From: Eledone cirrhosa
Taxonomy: Eukaryota
DNA length: 64,000 nt
Direction of reading: 5' to 3'
NCBI GenBank assembly: GCA_964016885.1
Contig: OZ024743.1
Coordinates: forward strand, 90,706,001 to 90,770,000
The notes under the pieces were generated by a model that worked only from the letters and a program-made list of their open reading frames with translations, had not been told where the DNA came from and did no database searches. A program made the translations under genes and the position numbers. Below are positions 1 to 11,871 of this stretch, piece by piece (the stretch's first letter is position 1; the number at the start of each line of letters is the position of its first letter).

Positions 1-602
1 AAATATTTATAACAATAAGTACTTCAAAAGCTTTACATACCTAATATGTTGGTATCTTTGTTAAAGTTTAAATTTAGGAAAATAATCAACTGTATAATAT
101 TTCCTCCTTGATGTGCCAGCTAAATCCTTTAAATGTTACCCTCATAAAACTCAGAAGCTTAGAAATGATAATACACTTATTGAATTTATAAAAATAATAT
201 ATAAATAACCAGCAAAAAATCCCGAAATCTTGAGTCTTCACCCTAATATTATAAATTAAATATTTTCAAATTTAACCGTTTAACTTTCGGAAAAAATCTC
301 CTTCTGCATATATCACCCCCACCCCCCTTATCTTTCCCTCTTTATAAATCCTTTTCCAGTGGCTATCACTGGCTGTTATGATTCATGAGATGTTTTCCTA
401 GATATATTGTAGTATCATACATTTAAAAATCTCTATAACAGTTACATTAAGCAACGTTTTTCTTACTCACACATTCTCTAATGAATTTATTACGTTTTCG
501 CATTTTCTCATAATTAGGGTATATATGTTAAATTTTCTCTTAGGTTAATCACTACCTTGATTAAATCTTAACCATTTAACATCTCTGGGTATGTCATGTA
601 TC

Positions 603-665
603 ATTATATTTTGTCTGATGAGGACGTACTGTTGTACATCCGAAATATGTATAATAAAATGTAAT
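603..665 (+). ncRNA. Minimal type I hammerhead ribozyme (Penelope pLTR type)
   Basis: CTGATGA 615-621; helix II GGACGTAC/GTACATCC; GAAA 642-645; short near-palindromic helix III (TATGTA) with AUA cleavage triplet; helix I ATTATATTTTGT (603-614) pairs with ATAAAATGTAAT (654-665). Confidence 0.8.
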
Positions 666-801
666 TGATCAAAAGAACATCTATTTTATTAATATTTATA
701 TTTTAATATTAATAACTCCGGAAAATTATTTTTTCCGTAGAGTGCTTCCAATCTACTGTAAAACTCATTCTTTGACATACTCATTGAATATTGTTTAACA
801 C

Positions 802-848
<47 letters not shown>

Positions 849-852
849 ACAA

Positions 853-1170
853 GTCGACGCTGAAGCATATAGACAATATGCCCCCATCCCCTCCCACTGT
901 AAAGTGGTCGCGGAGATGTCACGCACGACAAAAAAGCACCCAACCCACACTGTAAAATGGACGTGTAGGCGCCACACCAAAAAGCACCCAGCACTCACTG
1001 TAAATGGGTTGATGTTAGGAAGGGCATCCAGCTGTAGAAATCAAGCAAAATCAGTTCCTGTGTGAGCAAGACAAGGTCACTCGACCTGGCACTGCCCACA
1101 ACAGGATAACTCGTCTAACCCATGCTAGCGTGGAAGAATGGATGTAAAACGGTAATGATGATGATGATGA
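853..1170 (+). mobile_element. RTE-clade LINE 3' UTR fragment with (GAT)n tail
   Basis: Matches the 3' UTRs attached to RTE RT coding sequence at 31848-32830 and 48056-49003 (AAAAAGCACCCAGC, GGAAGGGCATCCAGCTGTAGAAA, CTAACCCATGCTAGC, GATGATGAT). Confidence 0.8.
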
Positions 1171-1254
<84 letters not shown>

Positions 1255-1289
1255 CAAATTACACAATTATCAAAGTTATGTTCAAATCA

Positions 1290-2800
1290 TTTAATTGCTG
1301 ACAATAGTTTCTTCCAAACTTTCGTTTGGAGTCATCGGAGCATTATCAATGTTTGTACATATAATTAACCTCCTATTCAACTGAACAATCATATAGATAC
1401 ATATATATTGATTTTGTGAGCAACAGTTTCGTATTTACAGGGTGTAATGGATGCGACATATATTATACGAGAATTGTCCAAAAATTAAAATTAAAATTAA
1501 AAGCACAGAGTGGATTACATGCGACAGATAATACAAGAGAATAGTCTAATAATTAAAGAGGCAGAATGAAGACATTAGCAGTACATATGCAAGTATGTAT
1601 CATGTTATGTTACCCAATAATAACACTAAATACAACCACTGCAATTTACCAAAATCCACAAATACAAATACTAACCATAGGAACTCTTCTAGAACACAGC
1701 ACATTAATATAAGTGAGAATAAGAATTTAACTAAAAACCGCAAAAGAAACATAACATGGTACAACGCATCCTTCAACCTGCAAACTATTGGACAAATCCC
1801 CCCAAAATTCTTCGAAATTCTACATAAACATTTTGCACCATACCACAGATACCACCAACTATTTAGCAGGTATACTGTTAAATTCTCATATTCTACATGA
1901 AACAATCTCCAACAGAAAATAAGCAACTACAACATTTATAAATTTAAAAATAATATGACCACACCACCACAACATAATTTAAATATGACTGCACCTTCTA
2001 AAAGGACAAATAATACAATTCTTCAACCTGGAAAACACAACCACCCAAATCACCAACACAAAAACAACATAACACAAAATCAACATAGCACAAAATCACA
2101 ATACAACCCCAGCACTAAATCATCCACAAAGCAGCACTCATTCTCTCTCTAACATTAATTACAATAAGAATAGCTCCAGGATTAATGAAAATTATGTAGG
2201 TACCTCCAGCAACCATCTTACGTATGGTTGTAATTGCAGAAATAGAAGCGTTTGCACCTTAAATGGCAACTGTTTGATTAATAATGTAATATATAAATGT
2301 ACTGTGTCTACTACTGCCGCCAACAAAGCGTAAAAAGGATCTACATCGAACACATTTAAGAAAAGATATTACGCACACTCTAGTAGCTTTAACAATACTA
2401 AACTAGTTAACACCACATCTTTAGCTGAAGCAGTAAATAACTATATAAAGAAAAAAATAGATTTCAGGCTATCGTGGGATACCATTCTACAAAGAACTCC
2501 ATATCTTGGGAACAGGAGAGAATGTTCCGGTGAGATCTTGGAAATTATTAAATCTAAGGACGATTTATTGAATAAAAGACAAGAACTGATTATAGCTTGT
2601 AATCACTGTATACGAAAAACATTTAAGTACTATAAACCTAATTAAACATTCTAAATAGCAGCTCACTAAAGCTCTATGTGATGTACCATTTTGCTAGTAT
2701 CCCCTTCTCCTAATTATACGCCTTCCTGTTAATTTTTTAACCTTTTAATTTTTTGGCTTCCATAGATTCTTGCGTTACTGACTAAGGGCATCAAAATACA
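1290..2800 (+). mobile_element. 5'-truncated Penelope-like element relic (Naiad-like linker, GIY-YIG), degenerate
   Basis: RKRNITWYN...FFEILHKHF...LFSRYTVKFSYST (1595-1900) and CNCRNRSVCTLNGNC (CxCx5Cx5C) followed by VIYKC at ~2228-2300; inverted hammerhead at the 5' end. Confidence 0.75.
1293..1345 (-). ncRNA. Hammerhead ribozyme, mutated core (CCGAUGA)
   Basis: Minus strand reads TGCT-CCGATGA-CTCCAAAC-GAAA-GTTTGGAA-GAAA-CTATTG-TC-AGCA; GUC triplet and helix I TGCT/AGCA present. Confidence 0.6.
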
Positions 2801-2874
2801 TAATCACCTGTAATTGCATGGGTATACATGTATCTATGTATGTATGATAAGAGAATATATATATATATATTAAC

Positions 2875-3011
2875 AAATGGAAACTATATTTATAAAACCA
2901 TATTTATTTCATTATATATATTTCAAGGGCCACCAAGGCAAAATATGGTGCGCTTTCATCATATAAAATATAATATAGGTTAGTTTTATAAATAAATATT
3001 GACATACCCTG
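2875..3011 (-). mobile_element. Solo Penelope pLTR fragment with inactivated hammerhead (AUGAUGA)
   Basis: Close reverse complement of ~62444-62580, which has an intact CTGATGA core. Confidence 0.7.
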
Positions 3012-4042
3012 AAATATAAATATAACCTCTACACACACACATATATATATATATCTGTGTGTATATATGTGTATGTGTGTATGTGTATGTACATGTATGT
3101 GTGTGTACATGTATATATGTATGTATATATATATATATATGTATGTGTGCGTGTATGTATATGTATATGTATATATCTATGTATGCGTATGTATGTTTTT
3201 AATGGAGTATCTATGTAATGGAGTATATATGTGAGTATATGTACTTTTGTAATCTAAGAAAATTATGCGTTTTGGCTATATGTCAACATGCATTTATCTG
3301 GGATTGATTACTTATACATAGACACACTTGAAAATATTTACTATTTTATATTTTATGATGCATCATACGCTATACTATACTATATACAATGTACCATACT
3401 GCACTATATTATATTACATTATATTATATTATATTATTGTATTTTATTATCTTATTATAATTTTCACATCTTTTAATATACTATCCTTCCTAGTTATGAC
3501 CATTGCTTTACCTATCTATATTTATCCTAGTTATTTCCGTATATTTTATATTTCTTTATTTATATTCACCTAAAACCCCCATACAACACAACTCAACATA
3601 TAATTTTTACATCCCTTCACCCCACCATCTACATTCAACTATCAATACAACAATCCTTTTGCTCGTAGGTTCTTCATAGTAGTTCTATTTCTAACACCAT
3701 TCAACCATTCCTTTCAAAAGGTCATGACCTTAAACTAAAGTGAGTTATATTTCGTCTTAACATCATATGGCAAAACACCATTTGATTGGTTTGTTCTTCA
3801 GCTACCTCCAAATAAGGTCATAGAACTCAATTTACTATTGATATTGAATAAAATTTTCATTGCTTTTGGCAACGGCTGACGATATACACGTAGGTAAATA
3901 TATTCCTTATTTGATATTTTGTAACTAACCTTACATAGATCGATAACGAAATATGCGTACGATGTATTATTATCACCTAAAAACGATCGTAAAGCAGTGA
4001 AGTATATTCCTAATGACTTGAATTTTTATTACATTATTTTAA

Positions 4043-4045
<3 letters not shown>

Positions 4046-4108
<63 letters not shown>

Positions 4109-4117
4109 TACATTTAA

Positions 4118-4198
<81 letters not shown>

Positions 4199-4207
4199 TA
4201 CATTTAA

Positions 4208-4248
<41 letters not shown>

Positions 4249-4257
4249 TACATTTAA

Positions 4258-4292
<35 letters not shown>
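4046..4292. repeat. Compound (TA)n microsatellite with three TGTACATACATTTAAG spacers
   Basis: Directly visible; explains the YIYIY pseudo-ORFs. Confidence 0.95.
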
Positions 4293-4296
<4 letters not shown>

Positions 4297-6326
4297 CAAA
4301 TGAATGAATGAAGGAGTTACAAGCCGTTAAAACAAGTTCTTTATATAAATCTTAGATACTGTTTTGTGAGGCACGCCAAAAACCACTGCAGCAAAGAGCT
4401 TGTTAATAAGAAATATGGAGTGGAACCAAAATTGCGATCGGCTTAGTGCAGTATCACAACACCAATGGTAATAGGCCAGGTAGATCCCTGAACCGGTTCC
4501 AATCTAATTCAGACAATGTAATTAAAAATAACTTGCTAGACAAATTCCCCGCATACAGGCATAACAATGGAGACGGCATTTCACCAACACCTACCAACAA
4601 ACATAGAGTAACTCAGGTTGGCCCCTCAGGGGGTAGGTTAACACATAGGACTAATAAGAACAGTGTGCGTAGCAGACAGCAGTTCAACTGCCGCAGTAGA
4701 AACACCCACCAGGGCAAAAACGACCACACCGGCCCAACAGCAACATGGAAACGCCGGCGGAAAGACATATAGTTCCTCCCCCCTACTCTAAGAGTATAGC
4801 CTCAAACTTACCTAGAATCTTCTTCGACGCCTTAGAGAAAAACTTCCCACCTAACCATAAGATCCTTAACAAGAATAATGTCAAAATCTCTTACTCTACT
4901 ACGCCTAACTTAGCCGATCTTATAGCACTTAGTAACCACTAGAATTAAACCATCTTGTAATGCCAACATTAGAACACCTGGCAACCTTAATAACCATAAC
5001 AATACCGATAGCTATAATAGCAATAATAGTAACCAGGGTAATAATGATAGTAATATCAATAACATCAACAATATCAACATTATAGAGACTAGCTGCAGCA
5101 TTAATAGTGGAACTAGTGACCAGGATAGGAACCATAGCAGCGATAACAACATAAGTAGAGGGAACCATAATAGGAACAACAGGAATAACATCGTGTCGCA
5201 AAACTATATCTGTAATAATGCCAACGGCAATAATGACGACAATGGTAATAGTGGTAATGATAGCAGCGGCCCTTACCACATTAGAAATAACAACAAAAAG
5301 CATTGCAATTGCCGAAACACTAACAACTGTCCGCTCCAGGGCCACTGCTTGATTAGAAATGTAATCTAGAAATGCACCATGACAAGTAAAAATAGTACTA
5401 GGTCTTATATAGGTTTCTAATGAGTTCAAGACTGGATTTAGATCGCATCTCCACTCCTTTAGAAATAAGAAACTCAGGTTCAGTCCCTCCCTTGCTAATT
5501 ATATTACACTATTAACTGAATCTAACATTAGCTACACCACACAATGGGGAATAGTAGATTAACCAACGCCTTACAACTTTAGGAAAACTTGCCAGCCATG
5601 CCTAATAGAAACATATTATATAGTAAGCTCACCCCATGAACTCATTAATAGTCGAGCTGAAACGGTCATAAATTGCAACACTCGTTATACAAGTGGTCTC
5701 TAGAACAGTAATAACATCCTATCCCCACAGCTATCTACATCACACCACCATTTAGTCCACCTACAATAAGTAGGCCTAGGTACAGTGTTTAATTACGCTA
5801 TCAACCAGCCACCTGATTTTTACCTAAGCACTGCCCATCACCTACTGAGTTAGGCTCACTCTGCTAAACCATCCCTTTAGCTGGGATATACTAAATATTT
5901 TAGGTACTTTCCTGCCTTACACCGTGCAGTTGCCTTCCTTAGTAGATTATGCCACTTTCACCGACGCCATTATTATTTCCCCCCTACCATGCAAGGAGAC
6001 GTTAATCTAATGGAAAGATTCTCAATAGTATTTATACTTATTGATGACATTATAGAAACAATTATTTCTCTGAGAAGCCCGTGTGGGCGAAACATTATGT
6101 AAGATTTATATAAAGAACTTGTTTTAACGGCTTGTAACTCCTGCATTCATTCATTTGCTTATTCCTGCTATGCTTGAAAATCTACTAAATATTAAATCTT
6201 CTCTAATATTTAACTCTGCTAACCCAAGCATTGAGCACACTCCGCTTCGGTTAATGGCATTTAGTAATCTGTATCGCACCTCTCTGTATCTCTCTATCTC
6301 CTCCTCTCCTACGATACTTATACCCT
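4293..6326 (+). mobile_element. Penelope-like element relic with inverted partial pLTR at the 5' end
   Basis: PPPYSKSIASNLPRIFFDALEKNFPPNHKILNKNNVKISYSTTPNL, then CNCRNTNNCPLQGHC motif at ~5300-5350; 4293-4352 is the reverse complement of ~6101-6160; hammerhead-like core at 6070-6101. Confidence 0.8.
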
Positions 6327-6339
6327 ATTATTATTATTA

Positions 6340-6543
6340 TGCGGTGGATTGGCAGTATCGGTAGAGGGTCGGACGCCATGCTTTGACGTATAGAGTTACG
6401 GTCCTTGCCATTCTGAGTTCAAATTCCGCTGAGGTTAACTTTGCCTTTCATCCTTACGGGGTCGATAAAATAAAGTACCAGTAATGCACTGGGTAATTGC
6501 TGGCCTTGTGCCAAACGTAGAAACAATTATTATTATTATTATT
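6340..6543 (+). mobile_element. tRNA-derived SINE with Nin/Deu-like central domain and (ATT)n tail
   Basis: B-box GAGTTCAAAT, then GAGGTTAACTTTGCCTTTCATCCTTACGGGGTCGATAAAATAAAGTACCAG. Other copies at ~7113-7320(+), 8950-9078(-), 13105-13357(+), 31505-31790(+), 49560-49905(-), 50255-50430(-), 55445-55580(-), 55965-56290(-), 56451-56735(+). Confidence 0.85.
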
Positions 6544-7285
6544 GCTGAATGCCATGGTCGACGGAGGCTCGGCTCTGTTAGGTATTGTAAATTGTTTAAA
6601 ACTTGCACCAAATTGTAGATAAACACACCCTCTTCCTCGTGAGAGGGGTCTTTCTGCTCGTTATTTGGCCCTTCCAGTTATTGGGGATTTGGGCCCAATA
6701 TTCATTTTAAAAAACAACATAACATGGCTACAAAAAAGAATTTTCACAAGTCACTTCCACACCTGTATTCTTCCCAAATCGTCATTACGTCAGAGAAAAG
6801 ATTGTCTCTCTCCCTCCTTTCTCTAAATGTGGTGTCGCCTCTGTCGCAAGCGACGCCATTGAAGAATGAGAAAAATGTAGTTTCTCGTAGCGTTCTTCAT
6901 CAAGAGAACGCGCGTACGTGGAACATTTCTCCACGACGACGACAACGACGAAAGATGTGTGCGGTAAATACGGAAAGCCATTTCATTCGTCTGACGTCAT
7001 GAAGAATAGCAGCAGCAGCCGTAATAACAGCAGCAGCAGCAACAGTGGCGAGAAAAACACTACTTTATGTAAACCCTTGTGGTTAATAAAGAAAACATTA
7101 TTATTATTATTTTGCAGTATCGGTCGAGGGTTGGACGTCATACTTTCTAGCATAGTTACGTCCCTTTATGGTCTGAGTTCAAATCCCGTCGAGGTTAACT
7201 TTGCCTTTCATCCTTACGGGGTCGATAAAATAAAGCACCAGTAATGTACTGGGTAATTGCTGGCCTTGTGCCTAAAGTAGAAACA

Positions 7286-7348
<63 letters not shown>

Positions 7349-7354
7349 TATAAT

Positions 7355-7890
7355 AATAATAATGCTTTCTTTATTAACCACAAGGGTTTACATAAAGTAG
7401 ACATTAAGGACAGTACAGGACAATACAGGACGGTACAAATGGGCATTTCTGCGTGTAAAAAAACAGAGGATGTAATAAAAATAACAATGAAAAATTCCCC
7501 AATAGGGGGGAAACTTCCGAGGGACATTTGTGGAGAAAGCCCATTAAAAGGCCACAGTAACCCTGACTACCAGGGCAAGTGCCCTCTCCCAGTTTTCCAC
7601 CTTTAATTCACAGACACATACTCAGAGAAGGCCCATTCACTCGGGCCATTCTTGCCTCTTTCACCCATCTTTCAACAAAATGCTGGCAAGAGAGGACTTC
7701 CCTCTCTACCCTGATTTTCCTTTTCAAATGAAATTTGAAAAAGTTAATCAGGGCATCACCGAAGAGGTAAGTGCTCGTCTTCAGCCCTTTCAAACGTGTC
7801 CACCATACTATCTCTTTCGCCATGGCCACCAGACAGATAAAAACTGCCTGCCCTTCCCGGCTAAAGGAAGAGGGCGGGGCAATCCTCACG
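7355..7890 (-). mobile_element. Tx1 LINE 3' fragment (ORF2 C-terminus and 3' UTR)
   Basis: IVRIAPPSSFSREGQAVF...NGPSLSMCL is nearly identical to the C-terminus of ORF2 at 18859-22275; (TTA)n tail. Confidence 0.9.
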
Positions 7891-8537
7891 ATAATAATGA
7901 TAATTGTTTCTACTTTTGACAAGGGTATAAGTATCGTAGGAAAGGAGGAAATAGAGAGATACAGAAAAGTGCGATACAGATTACTAGATGCCATTAACCG
8001 AAGCGGAGTGTGCTCAATGCTTGTGTTAGCAGAGTTAAATATTAGAGAAGATTTAATACAAGTTCTTTATATAAATAGATCTGAAGTTTTCGTCCACTCA
8101 CAAGGCATTGGTTAACTAAGTGGTTGCGAAGTGAACTCCTTAAACACACACCCTTCAATTTACACACATAAATAACTAAATAAATATAACAACTCGTATA
8201 TAGAATTCCAAAATGTACTAGATTAGAAATGTAAGCTTTATTAATATCAAAAGCAAAAATAAAAAACAGAAAAAACCTAACACAGATACAGTAGTATTGT
8301 AATAGACCAAGAGCTCTTTATTGCTGAAAATATCTTCGTACTAACTGTCAACATTTTGGATTTGTCAATGACGATTTCATTTGTAGCAAGTTTATTCCCT
8401 TAGTTCTTGCTCTTCACTATAGAAAGGGGCATTAGAAACAAGTGTTACATTTTAGTGAGGCTCTTTCTGTGATGTATCATGTCGGTTTCTAGGCGTATTC
8501 TTATATTTTCTTTGTCAGACGTGCTTCGCGAGTTGTG

Positions 8538-8545
8538 TATAAAAG
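8538..8545 (+). promoter_or_regulatory. Candidate TATA box for gene A
   Basis: TATAAAAG lies ~60-75 bp upstream of ATGs at 8596 and 8612; a candidate first-exon donor G|GTAAAG is at 8765/8766. Confidence 0.35.
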
Positions 8546-9242
8546 AGGCCAAGTGTTTCTATTATCTGCCCATAAATAGCTTTGCTATTAAGCTGATGTT
8601 TAAGATAATACATGGGGTTTTATTTCTGTCAGTGCTATCTCCTCTTTGATACACTTTGTTGGTATATTTTTGGAAGATTTTGCTGTTATGGCACAAAATC
8701 ATATTTCTCATCGATGGTTTTGATGTTGATACAAAAATTAGCAGAAAGAAAACGTAATATAATAGGTAAAGTATATGGCCCTTAACTCCAGATCGAGTTG
8801 TAGAGGAGGGGAAGTCTAACACACAGCATGTATTGGCATTTTAAACCTGGTGGGTCTGTCCCTCTCCAGTTCTGAACACCACCGATTTCTTCTTCTTCTT
8901 CTTCTTCTAGAAAGAGAGGGTGGGTGGGTGGAGGGGGGAGGGGACAGAATAGATCTTAAAAGGATGAAAAGCAAAGTTGACTTCAACGGGATTTGAACTT
9001 AGGTCGCAATGAGCCAGAACAAATACCGAGACATTTTTAATCTGACACCTAACGACTCGGCCAACTCACTGCTTTCGTAATATACTAAGTTCAATACAAC
9101 TCATTCATCTCAAACTTATAAATGTGTTGCGTTCACTTTAATCCCCCCCCCCCCCCCCCCAAGAAATTAATAGATTTTTTTCGTTTGTTTGTTTAAACTT
9201 GATGTGGCATGGGATCTAACATCTTTTTTTTTTTTTATTTAG

Positions 9243-9491
9243 GTGTTTCAGTCATTAAAAGAAATAGTACTGCATATTTGATCAAAAGGCTGGTTAAGAA
9301 TGAATCCAAGCCTATGTATGGTGTTGAAGTTGATGGATCAGTCATAACAATGAACCGGAAAGTCATAATGGAAAATAGTATACCAAAGGTTGATACGTTG
9401 AATAATTTAAAACTTATGCCGTGCTCTAAATATGGAGGAAACCATTTCCGTTGCTACGTAGTGACAAGTATTCTCGGTTCAGAAGTGTACA
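9243..9491 (+). CDS. Gene A internal exon (phase 1-1), uncharacterised Cys-patterned protein
   Basis: Poly-T tract and TTTAG acceptor; 249 nt open (GVSVIKRN...LMPCSKYGGNHFRCYVVTSILGSEVY); donor A|GTAAGT; similar to gene B exon 56995-56825. Confidence 0.7.
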
Positions 9492-10112
9492 GTAAGTTGT
9501 TGTTTAATATATACAGCCAGATTTTCTGGAGATTTTACACTTCCGTGTCACTTTTATGTCTCTTACTTGTGTTCCCTAGTTCTTAAGAATTTCAGTGAAA
9601 GCAATCTTTTTTTACAAAACCCTCAAATTTGTCTGGTATGAGAATCCCCGTGGCTTCATCAAGCTGGCAATTTTATGTGGTACTCTCAAGTTAAACTGTG
9701 TGAAACCGCAGTCAGTCTGAGAGCTGAAGAGGTTAAAAGATGTTTATGTGATCTTGTCTTGTTCATTTTCTTCATTTGTTTCTTTCTTCCAATCACTTCT
9801 GTGGACCCACACACTTCTAGATACTGATTTTTGTCCTTTGAGGTAAATTTTATCTGGCAGCATTTTGGTGTTTTAACAGCATTCTTGCATTGAGTTCTTC
9901 TCATTCTAATACACTTACGCTTCAACTCGATCTTCAAGAAAACTTTGTTTATATATATATGTATATATTTGAATCATTTTGAAAACCATACAATGAACTA
10001 GAAAGAAAATCAAGATTGGTAACATAAAATAATTTTGATTTTCTTTGTATAGTTTTTCAAAATTATTTAAATTTGTGTTTCCTATTCAACAATGCTTCAA
10101 ACAAACTACATC

Positions 10113-10184
<72 letters not shown>

Positions 10185-11615
10185 GTAATGTGGTTAATGG
10201 CTGAGAGAAAGAAGTACTCAATACCGAAGTAGAGTTTTAATATTCAATATTATTAATGCTAAAAAGTGAGTTTTCTTACTCTGGAGTTTCGCCTGTTTAT
10301 CACAGGGTCATCAGACATGTTCTTATCTGATGACCCTGTGATAAACAAGACTCACTTTTCAGCCTTAATAATATTGAATATATATATAGATGTCTGCAAC
10401 TCGATTTGGAGTAATGCCATCACTTGATACTTAAGCATGAGCTTCACAGATGTGACTTTTTAGTCCAGCAATACCATGTATCGCAAAAAAATGTCACATA
10501 TTAAGCGATGCCTGTGCTTGAAGCTTTTTTAAATGAGGAAAGGCTTTGAATAGGGCCAAACCCACTCTCTGAACATCGAATGCATTAGTCCCCCAAAAAG
10601 AACTAGCCTACATCATTGGATGCGAATGCAGTCGCAGGTTTTATACCAGAATGATCTTCTCCTAGAGAGATGTCTTAATGAAGATTATGTGTCTCTCGCT
10701 TAAAAAACACACACACAAAAAAAAAAACAGGAGTCTTTTAAAGTTTTATTGTTGTAACAAACACTATATATATTTCATTAGCCTGGTTACACAAGACCCT
10801 GGAAACATCGTCAGGTTTGGATTGTATACATAAACACAAACAGAGAATAGGGAAAATATTTGATTGGGAGATGGCCTGCAAAATCGGTGTTATTGTTGGA
10901 GCAGACCATCTCCGATTTCAGAAGCCATCTCCGATTTCACGGGCCATCTCCGGATTAAATATATTTTCTATTTTCTCTGTTCTCCAAACACTGGGCTGTC
11001 GGCCCAGAGCCCAACACCATCTCCCCTTCCCCATCCCTTTCATCTGTGGTCCAAGAGTCCTTGCCTTTTCCTCTCATTTATGATATTTATAGTCCTTTCC
11101 TCTACTTTCCAATACAACCAGATCTGCTCTTCTTTACTTCTTTACCCCTTTATCTTTTTCTCACTACTTAATTTTGTTTTTATCTTTCTTTTTCATATTT
11201 CCATCATTGTATATTGTTATATTTGGGGATGGTCATGTTGTTCTAATATTGCCAGAAAAAAAACAGTAAAACACACTCCATGTTTGGTTTGGTTTTTGAT
11301 TCAGTATATTTTTATATTTCTATAAATAATTTAGCTTGACCAACAGTTAAAAATATAAATATAAATATAATTTTTCAAAGTTCTTTCGTCACACTTATCT
11401 GTGACATCTTCAGTGATTAACGTGTTTCCTCATCTTGTGTTCCTATGACGTTTTTATTTATTTATTTATGTTTGTTGTTGTCTCTGTATGTTTCAACACA
11501 TGATTTCATATAAAAAACCTTGCAAAACAAATACATCACCGCTACATCTTTTTAGAACTTCTTCTTTGTTTGTAATATATCACTGTGAATAACAAAACAC
11601 ACTCTATATTTTCAG

Positions 11616-11696
11616 TTACCTTCAATATAATCTTCTCAATGGTCGATGTTATAATCAATATTAAATTGAATAATTATCGGGGTCATATAAATCTTA
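11616..11696 (+). CDS. Gene A small internal exon (81 nt, phase 1-1)
   Basis: TTTTCAG acceptor, open frame ITFNIIFSMVDVIINIKLNNYRGHINL, donor A|GTAAGT; positional counterpart of the 72-nt gene B exon. Confidence 0.6.
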
Positions 11697-11871
11697 GTAA
11701 GTGATATTTCTTTTTTGTTTAATAGTTTCTGATTGTCGTTTTCCTTTCGAACATGAAATATTTCTTGTAAACAGGATCTCCCACTGAATGTAATGTTTCA
11801 TTCCTCCTCCCTCCCTCCTCTCCCCTCCCACTTCCTCCTGCCTTCCGCCTCCCCCCCCCCCCCCACCTCCT

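Noticed and set aside
1895-1900. In-frame TGA in the Naiad-like Penelope relic as selenocysteine
   Set aside because: It aligns with Thr (YSTTPN) in the sister element, the linker cysteines use TGT/TGC, and the copy is degraded.
3870-3965. Further degenerate hammerhead-like cores (3877, 11384-11413 minus, 59823)
   Set aside because: Core or helices incomplete; not called without covariance-model support.
9600-10700. Minus-strand ORF 9686-9937 and a coding-like stretch at 10390-10700
   Set aside because: No recognisable motifs or consistent splice sites.
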